Shown one piece after another: positions 36,530-46,700 of a stretch of DNA of 54,357 nt. Source of the stretch: an uncultured Pseudomonadales bacterium (GTDB lineage: Bacteria; Pseudomonadota; Gammaproteobacteria; Pseudomonadales; Azotimanducaceae); contig CAYZUV010000001.1 in assembly GCA_964481245.1 (NCBI GenBank), positions 1-54,357 on the forward strand, read 5' to 3'. Every line of letters starts with the position of its first letter. The stretch's first letter is position 1. Under the pieces are notes generated by a model. The model was given only the letters and a program-made list of their open reading frames with translations, did no database searches and was not told the origin of the DNA. The translations under genes were made by a program, and so were the position numbers.

Positions 36530-36932
36530 TGATCGTATTCGATCTTGAGTTACTTGTGCTTCACCGCGAACGGGTGGCATGTAACCAGCTGTCGCTTGAT
36601 CCGCGGGGTACGTTGGTTTGAGCGCTCGCGGTCTGCCGAAGAATTGCTGAAATCGGTGCAAGCTGGGGTTTAACGATGGGTTTGACTTCGCTCATCTTCA
36701 TTTTGCTCGAGACGCGCGACCTTGATTCGCTAGCCTTCATTCTGAGTCATCAATTTTAACCAATCCTTTTTTGGTCCTTACGTCGCTTTTAGTCTCGCCT
36801 TCAGGTGATGGTTAATAATAGGACTTCGACACTCGTGCGTGGGTCCCTCGGTTATCTTGGCGTCTTGTTTGTGCTTCTACCTCGTTTTTGCTCTCGCATG
36901 TGTAGCCTGCGCTTTGCGAAAGTACTGCTATT

Positions 36933-37325
36933 CTAGACGTTAGTCGGAAAGTCACTTAGGTTGATGCTGATGACCTGTCGACGGTGAATTCTGCCCGATA
37001 AACGGCTGAAGAAATCGAGGAGGCCCATCTGCCAACCATATTTCGACCGCAATGCTCGATAGGCTTGCTCGCACTCGTCAGGATCATCAACGAGGCGGCC
37101 AAGCCCCGAACTTGATTGGCCTGTAATTTTCCCAGTAGAGGTGCAGGGAGCCACTTGGATGTCCGCGAAGTTGCGCAATCGTTTGACTTTGCCCGCATTG
37201 GCGGCCGAGAAAATGTAGTACTCATGAGCTGCATGTCCTGGAGCGAACCAGACGGCAGTCCACACCCAAGTCCCAGACATTTTTTTTGTGGCCAGAGAGC
37301 AATAGCGTAATCGATCATCCAGCAT
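36933..37325 (-). CDS. pyridoxamine 5'-phosphate oxidase-like (PNPOx/FMN-binding split barrel) family protein
   Basis: 'LRYCSLATKKMSGTWVWTAVWFAP' resembles the PNPOx-like N-terminal pattern; 130 aa. Confidence 0.5.
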   Translation of the reverse strand: MLDDRLRYCSLATKKMSGTWVWTAVWFAPGHAAHEYYIFSAANAGKVKRLRNFADIQVAPCTSTGKITGQSSSGLGRLVDDPDECEQAYRALRSKYGWQMGLLDFFSRLSGRIHRRQVISINLSDFPTNV

Positions 37326-37685
37326 CTTCAGTTAGCTCCTCCTGGTTGTTGGCCTAGTGAGTAGTTGAGCCTACGCAGCCTGATTAATCAACGGAACCGA
37401 ATTAAGCTGTCCAACTTGATCAAGTTAGCGATTCGCTTTCGAGATAACCCATGGGAGCGATTGACACCAAGTTTACGACCACAATGCCGCTCAGATACGG
37501 TAGGGTTCTTGGGAAGAACAGCGTGGGTTGAGCGCTTTGTGTGTTCAGCGCCCATACTCCCATAGATGGCATTAGCCAAAGCGAGTTCTGTCCAGCTTGC
37601 TACAGGGTAGGCCGATGCGCAGTTCGTCAAGGATACGGTAAAGCCAGAGTGCCCTATCTTTGGATGTGAAAAAGAGAAACTTTCA

Positions 37686-38243
37686 ATGAAATTCATTGCG
37701 TGGTTTGGCCTGTTTTTAGTCTTTGTTGTGATTGGGTTTACTTTGCGTGAGCAGAGAGATGACAGGTGGATTGCTGAAGGGCAAGATCAAGGTGATGCGG
37801 GGGCGTTGGGGTACGAAAGTAAAGATAAAGAAACCATGAGCAGCGTGATCCCGTTTCCAATAGAGAGCGCTATTGTTCGAGACGCGGCATCTCTCAGTTC
37901 ATTCAAGCCCGGCCAATTCTTCAGCTTGGCTAAGGAAGGAGAAGGGGACAGCGCTGGGCGTTTTCAGATTCGTGTGACCGAGTCTGAAGAGAAAATTGAC
38001 GTGATGAAGCTTAGGGGGGTGGTCGAAGGAGGAGGACAAGTTGTCATGACTTTGAGCCCGAATCTAACGCAAATTTTCTTGACGACACCTTCGGGCGCTT
38101 GGCACTTTACTGGTGATGAATTCGGAGGGGAACTCATCCCCTCAAAATCCATTGGACTCGACAATGACATTCGTAAGCCGACACTGGGCGAGAGAAAGAC
38201 GAGTGATCCGAAGCCGCCGCCGTCGCCCGCCGATCGAGGCTAG
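37686..38243 (+). CDS. membrane-anchored hypothetical protein, first gene of the surface-protein block
   Basis: N-terminal helix 'FIAWFGLFLVFVVIGF' and no recognisable domain. It ends 13 nt before the protease gene. Confidence 0.5.
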   Translation: MKFIAWFGLFLVFVVIGFTLREQRDDRWIAEGQDQGDAGALGYESKDKETMSSVIPFPIESAIVRDAASLSSFKPGQFFSLAKEGEGDSAGRFQIRVTESEEKIDVMKLRGVVEGGGQVVMTLSPNLTQIFLTTPSGAWHFTGDEFGGELIPSKSIGLDNDIRKPTLGERKTSDPKPPPSPADRG

Positions 38244-38256
38244 AGAGATAAAATTC

Positions 38257-41200
38257 ATGATAGAACTTAAACGCATATTCTTGCGGTTGATTTTGGGGTT
38301 TTACCCAGTGCTTTTTGTGAGTGCGGCGTTTGGTGGGGCATCAGTCAAAATGGTCTGCCCATGTGAGTTCGAGCAGATTGATCAAACTGTGGCGAAGGTT
38401 GAACTCTCGCTTGGTTTTATAGACGCAGTTGAAGCTTCAGACGAACTGAGGCTTGAAGTCGTCCACTTGAAGACTAAAGACCTACTCTCGGGGAGTAGTT
38501 ACTACATTCTGGGTGAGGCCAACCTCGGCGCATTCGATTTCGGACCGGACCCGATCCCAATGAAAGCGCTCATCCCGCTTCGAGCCCAGGAATTAGGTGA
38601 AGGACAACTTGGACTGCTGCTCTGGTCTAATGACAGCGATGTACCTATTGACCAAGTCTTGCTGGGTTCGCAGTCGGTCGCGATCGATGCATCTTACGGC
38701 ATTTGGTCATTTGACAGCCCGAGTATCTTCTTTTCGTCTGGACTGGAATTCGAATTTGGATTAGCCGGCGCGGAACTCAGTATTGGCGATATCCGAAGTC
38801 CTGACCTTGCTGGTCAGGAGGAAACTTGGAATTTGCAAATCGTTGTTGCCGATCAGGAAGGCTCTTACTTTCCCAAAGCTGAATTCGAAGTGACGGTCAG
38901 CTTTGATGCAGATGGTAAGGCTAGCCTCCGTTCAACGATTGATCTCAGCCATGGCTTGGATAGTCATTTGTCTGATTACGCGAACTTCACGGAAGTAGAA
39001 TTGCTCATCTATAGAAATGGCGACTTTTATCTACGCTACTGGTTGGAATCGCTCGCAGGCCAATCGGGCCCGGAACTGGTACCGCTTATCAAAGCGATTG
39101 ACGCGATATCAGATTCAGATGGTGATGGTCTGACAGACTATGTTGAGTCTCTAGTGGGCAGTTCGCCTGAAGCAGTTGATTGGTTGAGCCCGGCTGAGAT
39201 TGAAGTTGCATTTACGTATGGTGCGACAGCCGCTGAAGCCTTTGGGGATGATTTGAACGCGAGATTGGCTCACGTGATTGACGTGGCTAACTTGGCGTTT
39301 GAAACCTCTGCAGTGCCAGCGCGTGTGGCCATGACGGATCTGATTGAACTTGGCGATGACTCGGGACTGACTGCGGCGGCGCTCATCCCACAGATGGAAG
39401 TTCGAGACGAATTGTTCGCGGATCTAGATGCAAGATTCACCCGAAAACCCGATTTGATCATTCATCTCGGGCTCATTGATGTCATCGATACGGGCGGTCT
39501 AGCCAACCTTCAGGGCGGATTGAACGATGGCATATTCGACGGAGCGACTTACGCTGCAAGAGGATCCAACGTAGGTGTCGTCGGACTTGATAATTCGGAC
39601 ACGACCCTTGTGCATGAGGTGGGTCATCTCATGGGGCTTGATCACTCTCGAGTCCAAGGCACAGCAGATGGTGCCTTTCCTTGGTCTTTGGGGCATGGCG
39701 TTGACGCAGCATTCGTTACGATCATGGCTTACGCGTCGGAATTTTCAGATGCGGCAGAAGTCGCCAATTTTTCAACGCCCACGCTGATCTGCGATGGCGC
39801 AGACGCGTTGTGTGGGGTGAATCGTGCGGATCTCATTCTTGGTGCGGATGCCGCCCGCTCTCTTGCAATTACTGCATTTCAAGTGGCTGCGACATCAAAC
39901 GGTTTCACGCCTGTTATTCAATTGATAGGTGGGCCGGAGGTCACGGTTTCAGATGCTGAGGCGATAGCCGAGCTGGTCTTTACCATTTCAGATGCTGAAG
40001 ATGGTGATTTAACTACGGCTGCTGAGCGGACACTCGCCGCCTCAGCGGAAGAAGGCTTTGATTACGTTCAGACCATTCGAGTCACCGATTCGGATGGTAA
40101 TTCCGTAGAGGCCGCGCGCCGCATCAAAGTCGATGGTAGCCTGGCCTCAGGTGGTGACACGGTTGGAGGCGCCAGCGACGAGGGGTCGACTGATGCGAGT
40201 GATAGCGGAGGTTCCTCCGACGCAGGGGATGATGACGGAGTTGGCTCCGGTGGGGGTACTGATGCTGGGGTTGGCTCGGATGATACCGACGGTGATGGCT
40301 TGCCAGATGATCGGGACCCAGAGCCTGACATCGACAATTCAGAACAGCTTGCCCACTACCTCTGGGTGAAGGATAGGATGACCTGGCTAGAGGCCAGAGA
40401 CTATGCCAAGGCTCAAGGTGGATACCTCGCGTCGATTAGCAGCCAGTTAGAAAACGATCTGATCTACGCGATCGTCAGCGAAGGGTTTGACGAGAACTCG
40501 TATCAAACGCTCGGATACGCTGACGATGGGGGTAGCGCAACCTATGTGTATATCGGCGCCTCTGACCGAGCCGAGGAGGGCACGTTTGTTTGGGAGAGCG
40601 GAGAAGCCTTCAGCTTTAAAAATTGGGGGAAGGCAGAACCTGACAATTACGACGGCAATCAAAATGTGGTCGGCTTGGCGCTCGAAAACTGGCCCTATCA
40701 AGCGAGTGACAGCGATGCCTTTGGCCTAACGAGTCAGTGGAATGATATTAGCGAGACAAACGAACTGACATTCGTTATTGAATTCGATGAGGCTCAAACG
40801 GGCGGCACTGACGGGGGCTCGGGCGGGGGTACGACGGATTCGGGTGAGACGGATGGCGGCTCAACTGACGATGGGGAGACCGACTCGGGCACAACCGATG
40901 GAGGAGGCACCAGCGGAGGGACGACTGATAGCGGCGGAAGCGACGGCGGTACGGACGGCGGAACCACAGATAACGGTTCCACGGATGGCGATACAACGGG
41001 TGGTGACTCGGGGTTCGAGAGCGAAGCAGGGATCCTAGATATTGATGGCGATGGCAAGCGAGCTGCGCTTTCGGACGGTCTACTCATTATTAGACACTTG
41101 TTTGGGTTTCAGGGCACTTCTCTCATCAGCGGTGCCGTAAGTCAGAGTGCCATGGTGACAGAAGCCGTCGATATCGCCGCGATTATTGAATCTCACAGAC

Positions 41201-43065
41201 AAGATTTCGACATCGATGAAGATGGAGAGACTAAGCCGCTGACCGATGGCTTACTGATTATTCGTCATTTGTTTGGCTTCGAGGGGGCATCACTTGTCGC
41301 CGGAGCCACGAGTGCAAATAGCGCACTGACCGCGGCAGAAATCGCTGCGAACTTAGAGGCATTGGAGTCTTACACGGATGACGGCTCAGGTGGCGGCACC
41401 ACAGACGATGGCGAAGTCGACGCGGGTGGCACAGACAATGGATCGGGAACCTCCGATGGGGGGACTTCGACGACGGTTGATGTACTACTCAAGGTCACTT
41501 ATGACCGAGTCAATCCGGTGACCGATTTGAGTAATGGTTATTACCAGGCGAAGCTCGATTATGATGCCATCGAGTCCCTACCAGGTCGCTTTTTGAGCGT
41601 CGAGGTCATCGACGCTGACACTGACCAAACGTTCGATGGTGATTGGATGACCAGTGCTGAAGGGTTGGCATCAGGCCAATTGCCGGTTGATCGTTCGTTC
41701 TATTTCAAGATTCGCGCGAAAAGCGAGGTGTCAGACGCACAAGCGAAATGGTCGGTCAGTGTTCACGATAACCAGGGCAGCATCAATGTCGCTTCTTATC
41801 CGCAGTACGTCGCGATCTCGGATACGTTTACGACCAGTGCCGACCGTTCGATCGAAGTCGCGATCAAGAGCGGCTGGACAGGCACAGGTTACACGGCGGA
41901 GCGGGCCGCGGCGCCCTTCGCCATCATCGACACCATAATTGATGCCATGGGGTATATGGCGCGCAATTCGAGCGGTTTGGAGTACCCACCGCTCGAAATT
42001 TATTGGAGCAAAGACAACACTATCGCAAAAATCGGCACATCGTTTTACTCGGGAGGGGTAATATACATCCTGGGTGGCGTCGATGAGGACACCGACGAAT
42101 ACGACGAGCACGTCATTGTTCACGAGTGGGGCCATTACCTCCAAGACCGACTGTCACGAGACGATAGTCCAGGTGGCCCCCATGGCTCAGGTGATATTCT
42201 GGATCCAAGAATCGCCTTCTCTGAAGGTTGGGCTAACGCGTTATCTGGAATCGTTTTGGGCGATTCTGATTACAAAGACACCAATGGTGCAGACCAAGCC
42301 GAAGGTTTCTTCTTGCCTATGGAAGAAGGATTCCCCTCTAGCGTGGTTGAAGTAACCGCTGGATGGTTTTCTGAGGACAGCGTTGCAGAGATCGTTCTCG
42401 ATCTTTTTGACGGGAACAATGATGCGGAAGACGCGGACACAGTCTCGTTGTCGATAGCTGAGATGACTAGCGCGTTGGTTGATAAGGTGCCTGATACACC
42501 CGTAGCAACCACGATATTTAGTCTCGTGACGCCGCTTATCTCAGCGAACCTGGATCAAGAAACTGCGATCAGGGCGCTCCTGAAAAACCATAGCATCGCC
42601 CTGGAAGCAGGTGAGATAGACGTCTACGGGAGTCACGAACTGGTTGTTAGTGGTGGCGTTACCGACAACGCGCTGCCCATTTTTGCTCCTATAACTGTTG
42701 ACGGCGAGGCAGTTCGAGTCTGTCAGGACAACACACATACACCAGAGGACTACGTTGCCTCAGAACCCGATGCCAACAAGTTAGGCAACCGAACCTTGGG
42801 TAGGTTTTCAGTGACTGAATCTGGCAGCTTTGTTTTCTCAGCGACGTCGGGTGTTCAAGGCGGGTTGGGTCGTTCCGACGATCCTGATTTATTGGTCTAC
42901 AAACTGGGGCAACAAATTGCCTATAACAGTAATTCTGGATCAGTGAGCGAATCTTTAGATGATTTGACGGTTGGAGAGTACTGGTTCGTGCTCTATGACT
43001 ACGGATTCCTGGCTGGCAAGCAATCCTCTGCGCCTTGCCAGTTAGTGGAGATCAACAGAAAATGA
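38257..43065 (+). CDS. 1602-aa secreted multidomain protein: metzincin protease, C-type lectin, dockerin-like pair, second HExxH protease, PPC domain
   Basis: Signal peptide after the ATG at 38257. 'HEVGHLMGLDH' (39613-45) with Met-turn 'TIMAY'. CTLD 'WLEARDYAKAQGGYLASI...EPD...WNDIS'. Two 'DIDGDG....L.DGLLIIRHLFGF' segments. 'HEWGH' (42121-35) with downstream 'EGWAN'. C-terminal PPC-like 'GEYWFVLYDY'. Confidence 0.8.
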   Translation: MIELKRIFLRLILGFYPVLFVSAAFGGASVKMVCPCEFEQIDQTVAKVELSLGFIDAVEASDELRLEVVHLKTKDLLSGSSYYILGEANLGAFDFGPDPIPMKALIPLRAQELGEGQLGLLLWSNDSDVPIDQVLLGSQSVAIDASYGIWSFDSPSIFFSSGLEFEFGLAGAELSIGDIRSPDLAGQEETWNLQIVVADQEGSYFPKAEFEVTVSFDADGKASLRSTIDLSHGLDSHLSDYANFTEVELLIYRNGDFYLRYWLESLAGQSGPELVPLIKAIDAISDSDGDGLTDYVESLVGSSPEAVDWLSPAEIEVAFTYGATAAEAFGDDLNARLAHVIDVANLAFETSAVPARVAMTDLIELGDDSGLTAAALIPQMEVRDELFADLDARFTRKPDLIIHLGLIDVIDTGGLANLQGGLNDGIFDGATYAARGSNVGVVGLDNSDTTLVHEVGHLMGLDHSRVQGTADGAFPWSLGHGVDAAFVTIMAYASEFSDAAEVANFSTPTLICDGADALCGVNRADLILGADAARSLAITAFQVAATSNGFTPVIQLIGGPEVTVSDAEAIAELVFTISDAEDGDLTTAAERTLAASAEEGFDYVQTIRVTDSDGNSVEAARRIKVDGSLASGGDTVGGASDEGSTDASDSGGSSDAGDDDGVGSGGGTDAGVGSDDTDGDGLPDDRDPEPDIDNSEQLAHYLWVKDRMTWLEARDYAKAQGGYLASISSQLENDLIYAIVSEGFDENSYQTLGYADDGGSATYVYIGASDRAEEGTFVWESGEAFSFKNWGKAEPDNYDGNQNVVGLALENWPYQASDSDAFGLTSQWNDISETNELTFVIEFDEAQTGGTDGGSGGGTTDSGETDGGSTDDGETDSGTTDGGGTSGGTTDSGGSDGGTDGGTTDNGSTDGDTTGGDSGFESEAGILDIDGDGKRAALSDGLLIIRHLFGFQGTSLISGAVSQSAMVTEAVDIAAIIESHRQDFDIDEDGETKPLTDGLLIIRHLFGFEGASLVAGATSANSALTAAEIAANLEALESYTDDGSGGGTTDDGEVDAGGTDNGSGTSDGGTSTTVDVLLKVTYDRVNPVTDLSNGYYQAKLDYDAIESLPGRFLSVEVIDADTDQTFDGDWMTSAEGLASGQLPVDRSFYFKIRAKSEVSDAQAKWSVSVHDNQGSINVASYPQYVAISDTFTTSADRSIEVAIKSGWTGTGYTAERAAAPFAIIDTIIDAMGYMARNSSGLEYPPLEIYWSKDNTIAKIGTSFYSGGVIYILGGVDEDTDEYDEHVIVHEWGHYLQDRLSRDDSPGGPHGSGDILDPRIAFSEGWANALSGIVLGDSDYKDTNGADQAEGFFLPMEEGFPSSVVEVTAGWFSEDSVAEIVLDLFDGNNDAEDADTVSLSIAEMTSALVDKVPDTPVATTIFSLVTPLISANLDQETAIRALLKNHSIALEAGEIDVYGSHELVVSGGVTDNALPIFAPITVDGEAVRVCQDNTHTPEDYVASEPDANKLGNRTLGRFSVTESGSFVFSATSGVQGGLGRSDDPDLLVYKLGQQIAYNSNSGSVSESLDDLTVGEYWFVLYDYGFLAGKQSSAPCQLVEINRK
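40350..40790 (+). other. C-type lectin-like domain (cysteine-free, EPD / WND motifs)
   Basis: 'MTWLEARDYAKAQGGYLASISSQLENDLIY', 'YIGASDRAEEGTFVWESGEAFSFKNWGKAEPDN', 'WNDIS'. Confidence 0.65.
41035..41370 (+). other. dockerin-like duplicated Ca-loop/helix module (copy in the giant protease)
   Basis: 'LDIDGDGKRAALSDGLLIIRHLFGF' and 'FDIDEDGETKPLTDGLLIIRHLFGF'. It has the same architecture as 28665-28995. Confidence 0.55.
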
Positions 43066-43628
43066 GAATGACGAATTTAAAATGTATGCGCTGGTTAGCA
43101 CAAATGCTCATTCTTGGTGTCAGTCTGGGATTAGCGGGTTGCTTAGATGGAAATTTTTCAGCAGCCACACTTGAGCCAATCGCAGTGATTGAAACGGATT
43201 GGCCCAATATGGATCTCCGTAAAGGTAAAACACAAGGTCCGATACAGCTTCGATATAGGCTAGAGGAGTACGTCGGCAGAGATTTTAGAGTTGTGGTCTC
43301 CGCGCGCTCGTCACTTAAGGGTCTTGGCCCATGGCAGATGGAACTGACAGGAGCTAAGGTGCCGAAACTAATCGATTCGACGAGTCAATTGCAAAAAATT
43401 GCACAAGAGGGGGAACCCCCGTCGGTCTCTCGAACGTTTGCGTTCAAGGATTCAAGCGAAGAGTTTGAGTCAGTTTCGGTCAGAGTGCAGGTTGTAGTAG
43501 GTGATCAGTTGGCCAGTAGAACGCTCAATGTTCGACTTGATCCAAGTATTGATGAGATGCCCGTAAGACTTTGCACTCCGAGTGAAGCCTGTGGCCGCTT
43601 TTTTAAAGCCGAGACACGAGTTGAATGA
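43062..43628 (+). CDS. lipoprotein of unknown function, translationally coupled to the protease gene
   Basis: Lipobox 'LGLAGC'. Its ATG overlaps the protease TGA (ATGA at 43062-43065). Confidence 0.6.
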   Translation: MRMTNLKCMRWLAQMLILGVSLGLAGCLDGNFSAATLEPIAVIETDWPNMDLRKGKTQGPIQLRYRLEEYVGRDFRVVVSARSSLKGLGPWQMELTGAKVPKLIDSTSQLQKIAQEGEPPSVSRTFAFKDSSEEFESVSVRVQVVVGDQLASRTLNVRLDPSIDEMPVRLCTPSEACGRFFKAETRVE

Positions 43629-43744
43629 GATATCAGCAATGGTTTTGCGGCGAAGGAGCGTCTGGCCGCGGGACGGGTCTTGCAAGCTTGTAATTAGTGT
43701 TGAATGGTTTCAAAATCGTACTTGAAGCAGTGAAGGGTTCCCCA

Positions 43745-46700
43745 ATGTTTAAATCTTATCAATTCTTTAAAAATATGGTTTTGTCGTTGATTTTCGCAGC
43801 TGCTGCGAGCGGTGCGCTGGCAGCAGAACAAAAAATCACAACCGATCCAAGCAACACGGATGTCAAGGCAGGACAGACAGGTATAGCTTTGGCCCTAGGT
43901 TATTCCTCTACTGATAATGAACAAACGACTGGCCTGGGAGTGAAGATTTTCTTTGACTCGACGCAGGTAACATTTGTCAGCCTTGCTTCGAGCGCGGAGG
44001 TTGAAGACTTTATCATCGGAATCACCGAAACCCCCGATTCGATATCCACGGATGACAAAGATCTTGATGGCGATCCTAAAACTGATAAGTTCGCGAATAT
44101 CGCGGTCAGTAGCTTCAACGGGAAGTTTCCAGGTAGTGGTGACTGGCCGGAAAGTGGGCCTTTGCCTTTCGCCACGATCACCTTCGATTTGGCAACAACT
44201 GCGCAAGAAGACACTATTACTGCCATTAATTATGTCCTTGATGGAGCTGCTGGTTATGACACTGCGGCGGAATCCGCAACGATCACAATTAAGGGTGACG
44301 AAATTCCACCCGAGATCACAGCTTCAGCGACTTCGGTAACCATAGAAGCCGAAGGGGCTTACACACCACTGAGCTCTGAGCAGTTGACCGAATTTCTGGC
44401 AGGCATCTCGGCAAGCGATAATATTCAAGGTGATATAAGTTCCGATTTGGTCGCTACAATAGATGGGGATACAGCTGAACTGTTGCCCGTGGGTGACTCA
44501 ATTATTCAGTACGATGTTAAAGATTCCAGCGGGAATGCCGCGGAAAGTGTCCAGGTTACAGTTACAGTTGTGGATACAACTGGTCCTACAATACTTGGCG
44601 CAGTGGACGTTTCTTTCGAGGCAACGGGACCAAATGGCATTTCAAGCGAGGATCCGACTGTAACCGCGTTTGGGGACTCAGTGACTGCGCTTGACTTGGT
44701 CAGCGGTGAAGTAGAGGTGATCCCAACCGTTGGAGGGGAAGCACTCCCCGAGTACTTCCCTATAGGTACAACCACGGTCGAATTGAGTGCACAGGATGCA
44801 TCGGGTAACCCTACGACAGGGTCATTGGTTGTGACCGTAGTCGACACCACTGCACCGGCGATCGTCTCGGCTGCTGGATTGACACTGGAAGCCACGGGCC
44901 CAACGGGTTACACGGGAACGACCGATGAGGTGACCGCAGCAATTGAAGTCACTGACTTGGTTGATCCAGCCCCGGTGGTCACTTTGGCTGAAGGCGTAAG
45001 CACGCCGTTCCCTCTTGGAGTAACGTCAGTTGCCGTCACAGTGACAGATAGCGCTGGAAATGCGGCCCAGGGTACTGTTCCTGTAACCGTTGCAGATACA
45101 ACAGGTCCAGCGTTTGCTGGCGCCAACACCTTGATTTTGACTGTTGATGAAGAAGTGCCGGTTGCTAGCTCTGATGAACGTGTGGCGGCTTGGCTTGAAG
45201 GCATATCAGCGTCCGACCTGGTCGATGGCGAAGTTGAATTTACTTACTCCGCGCTGCCTGCAGAGTTCCAAGTAGGTGAAACGACGGTCACGTTCACGGC
45301 TTCGGATGCGGCCGGCAACACCACAAAAGAGGAAGTCATTGTGCTTGTTGCGGTAGGGCCGAGCGTCAAGGTCGCGGCTGCGATTACGGTGGTTTCTGTA
45401 GATGGTGAAGCGGTGCCTGCATCGCAGCCGTTGATCGCTGCATTCATCGAAGCAGCAACGGCGACTGATTTCTCAGGCAATACGCTCGATGTAACGAATG
45501 ATGCTCCAGACTCCTTCGCCGTCGGCGAAGAAACGGTGGTGACCTTTACCGCGGTTGATGCCGATGAGCGCCAGGGCCAGAACACCTCGACGGTAACCAT
45601 TGTTGCCGCGAGTGGTGATAAGGATACCGACGGTGATGGCATCGACGACCTGTATGAGGTGGAAGAGGGACTTGATCCCAACGATGCTGAGGACGGGGAA
45701 GGAGATGCAGATGGCGATGGCCGCAGCAATCTGGATGAGTACTTGGAAGGTACCGATCCTAATGCTGATGATGTGAAGCCTGTCGTCACAGCACCAGCAG
45801 ACGTGTCGGCTGACTCGACGGGTCTTGTGACCAAGGTCGCACTCGGGGATGCAACCGCGGAGGATGTATTGGACGGCGAGTTGACGGCAACGCCTGATAA
45901 CCCAGGGCCTTATGCACCAGGTACATATACGATCACGTGGTCAGCAACCGACGCAGCGGGCAATGTCGGTATAGATACCCAGACAGTGACGGTACGTCCT
46001 CAGGTGACGACTGTGCCCAAGCTTCGAACGGCAGAGGGCAAGACTGTGATGCTGGACGTTGTCTTAAACGGTGCAGCGCCCGCCTATCCGGTGGAGATTC
46101 CGGTGACGTTGGGCGGTACCGCAACGGTTGATGAAGACTACACGGTCGATGCTGAGGTGGTCACGATCGCTGAGGGTCGTAAAGGTATGCTGACACTGAC
46201 CATCTTGAATGATGAACTTGAAGGCGAGGGAGCCGAGACCATTGAAGTGATGCTGGTTGACCCTGCAGCCAACGCGGTGCTTGGATCTGCCAAGATGTCG
46301 ACGATCACCATTATTGAAGAAGCAGCACCGCCGGTCTTGAAGATCACGGTGACGCAGGGTGATTCGAAAGGCAAGCGTGTTTCTGCTGGCGGTGGTGCCG
46401 TGAGTGCCATGGTGAGCATTGTTGACCCGAACGGTGAGCACACGATCGATTGGTCTGGATCCAATGAAGGCCTTGAGTCTTCCACCGGCACCGATACGGA
46501 TACGTTCACGTTTGATCCCTCCGCGCTTGAAGCTGGCTCTTATGATCTGATCGCGGTAGTGACCGATAGTGGTATTGCTGATACCACCTTCACCATTGGC
46601 GTTACGGTTCAAGTGACGGCAGAAGAGGTCGAGGCGGACTCTGATGGTGATGGTATTCCTGACAGCAAGGATACGAGTGACCAAGGCAACGTGATCGCGT

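Noticed and set aside
38113-38256. N-terminal extensions in the ORF track. Examples are 38113 for the protease, 12092 for soxD, 47253 for the CPBP gene, 48001 for CHAT, 43697 for the adhesin, and 30325 and 22926 for the SDRs.
   Set aside because: The extensions overlap the preceding gene or lack protein-like sequence. In each case an internal ATG is followed directly by a signal peptide or the family's conserved N-terminus, often with a Shine-Dalgarno sequence.
40350-40790. The C-type lectin domain as the variable-protein target of a diversity-generating retroelement.
   Set aside because: The window has no reverse transcriptase and no template-repeat copy of the lectin sequence. The domain is internal rather than C-terminal, and its fold type is the animal-like CTLD rather than the DGR-type variable region context.
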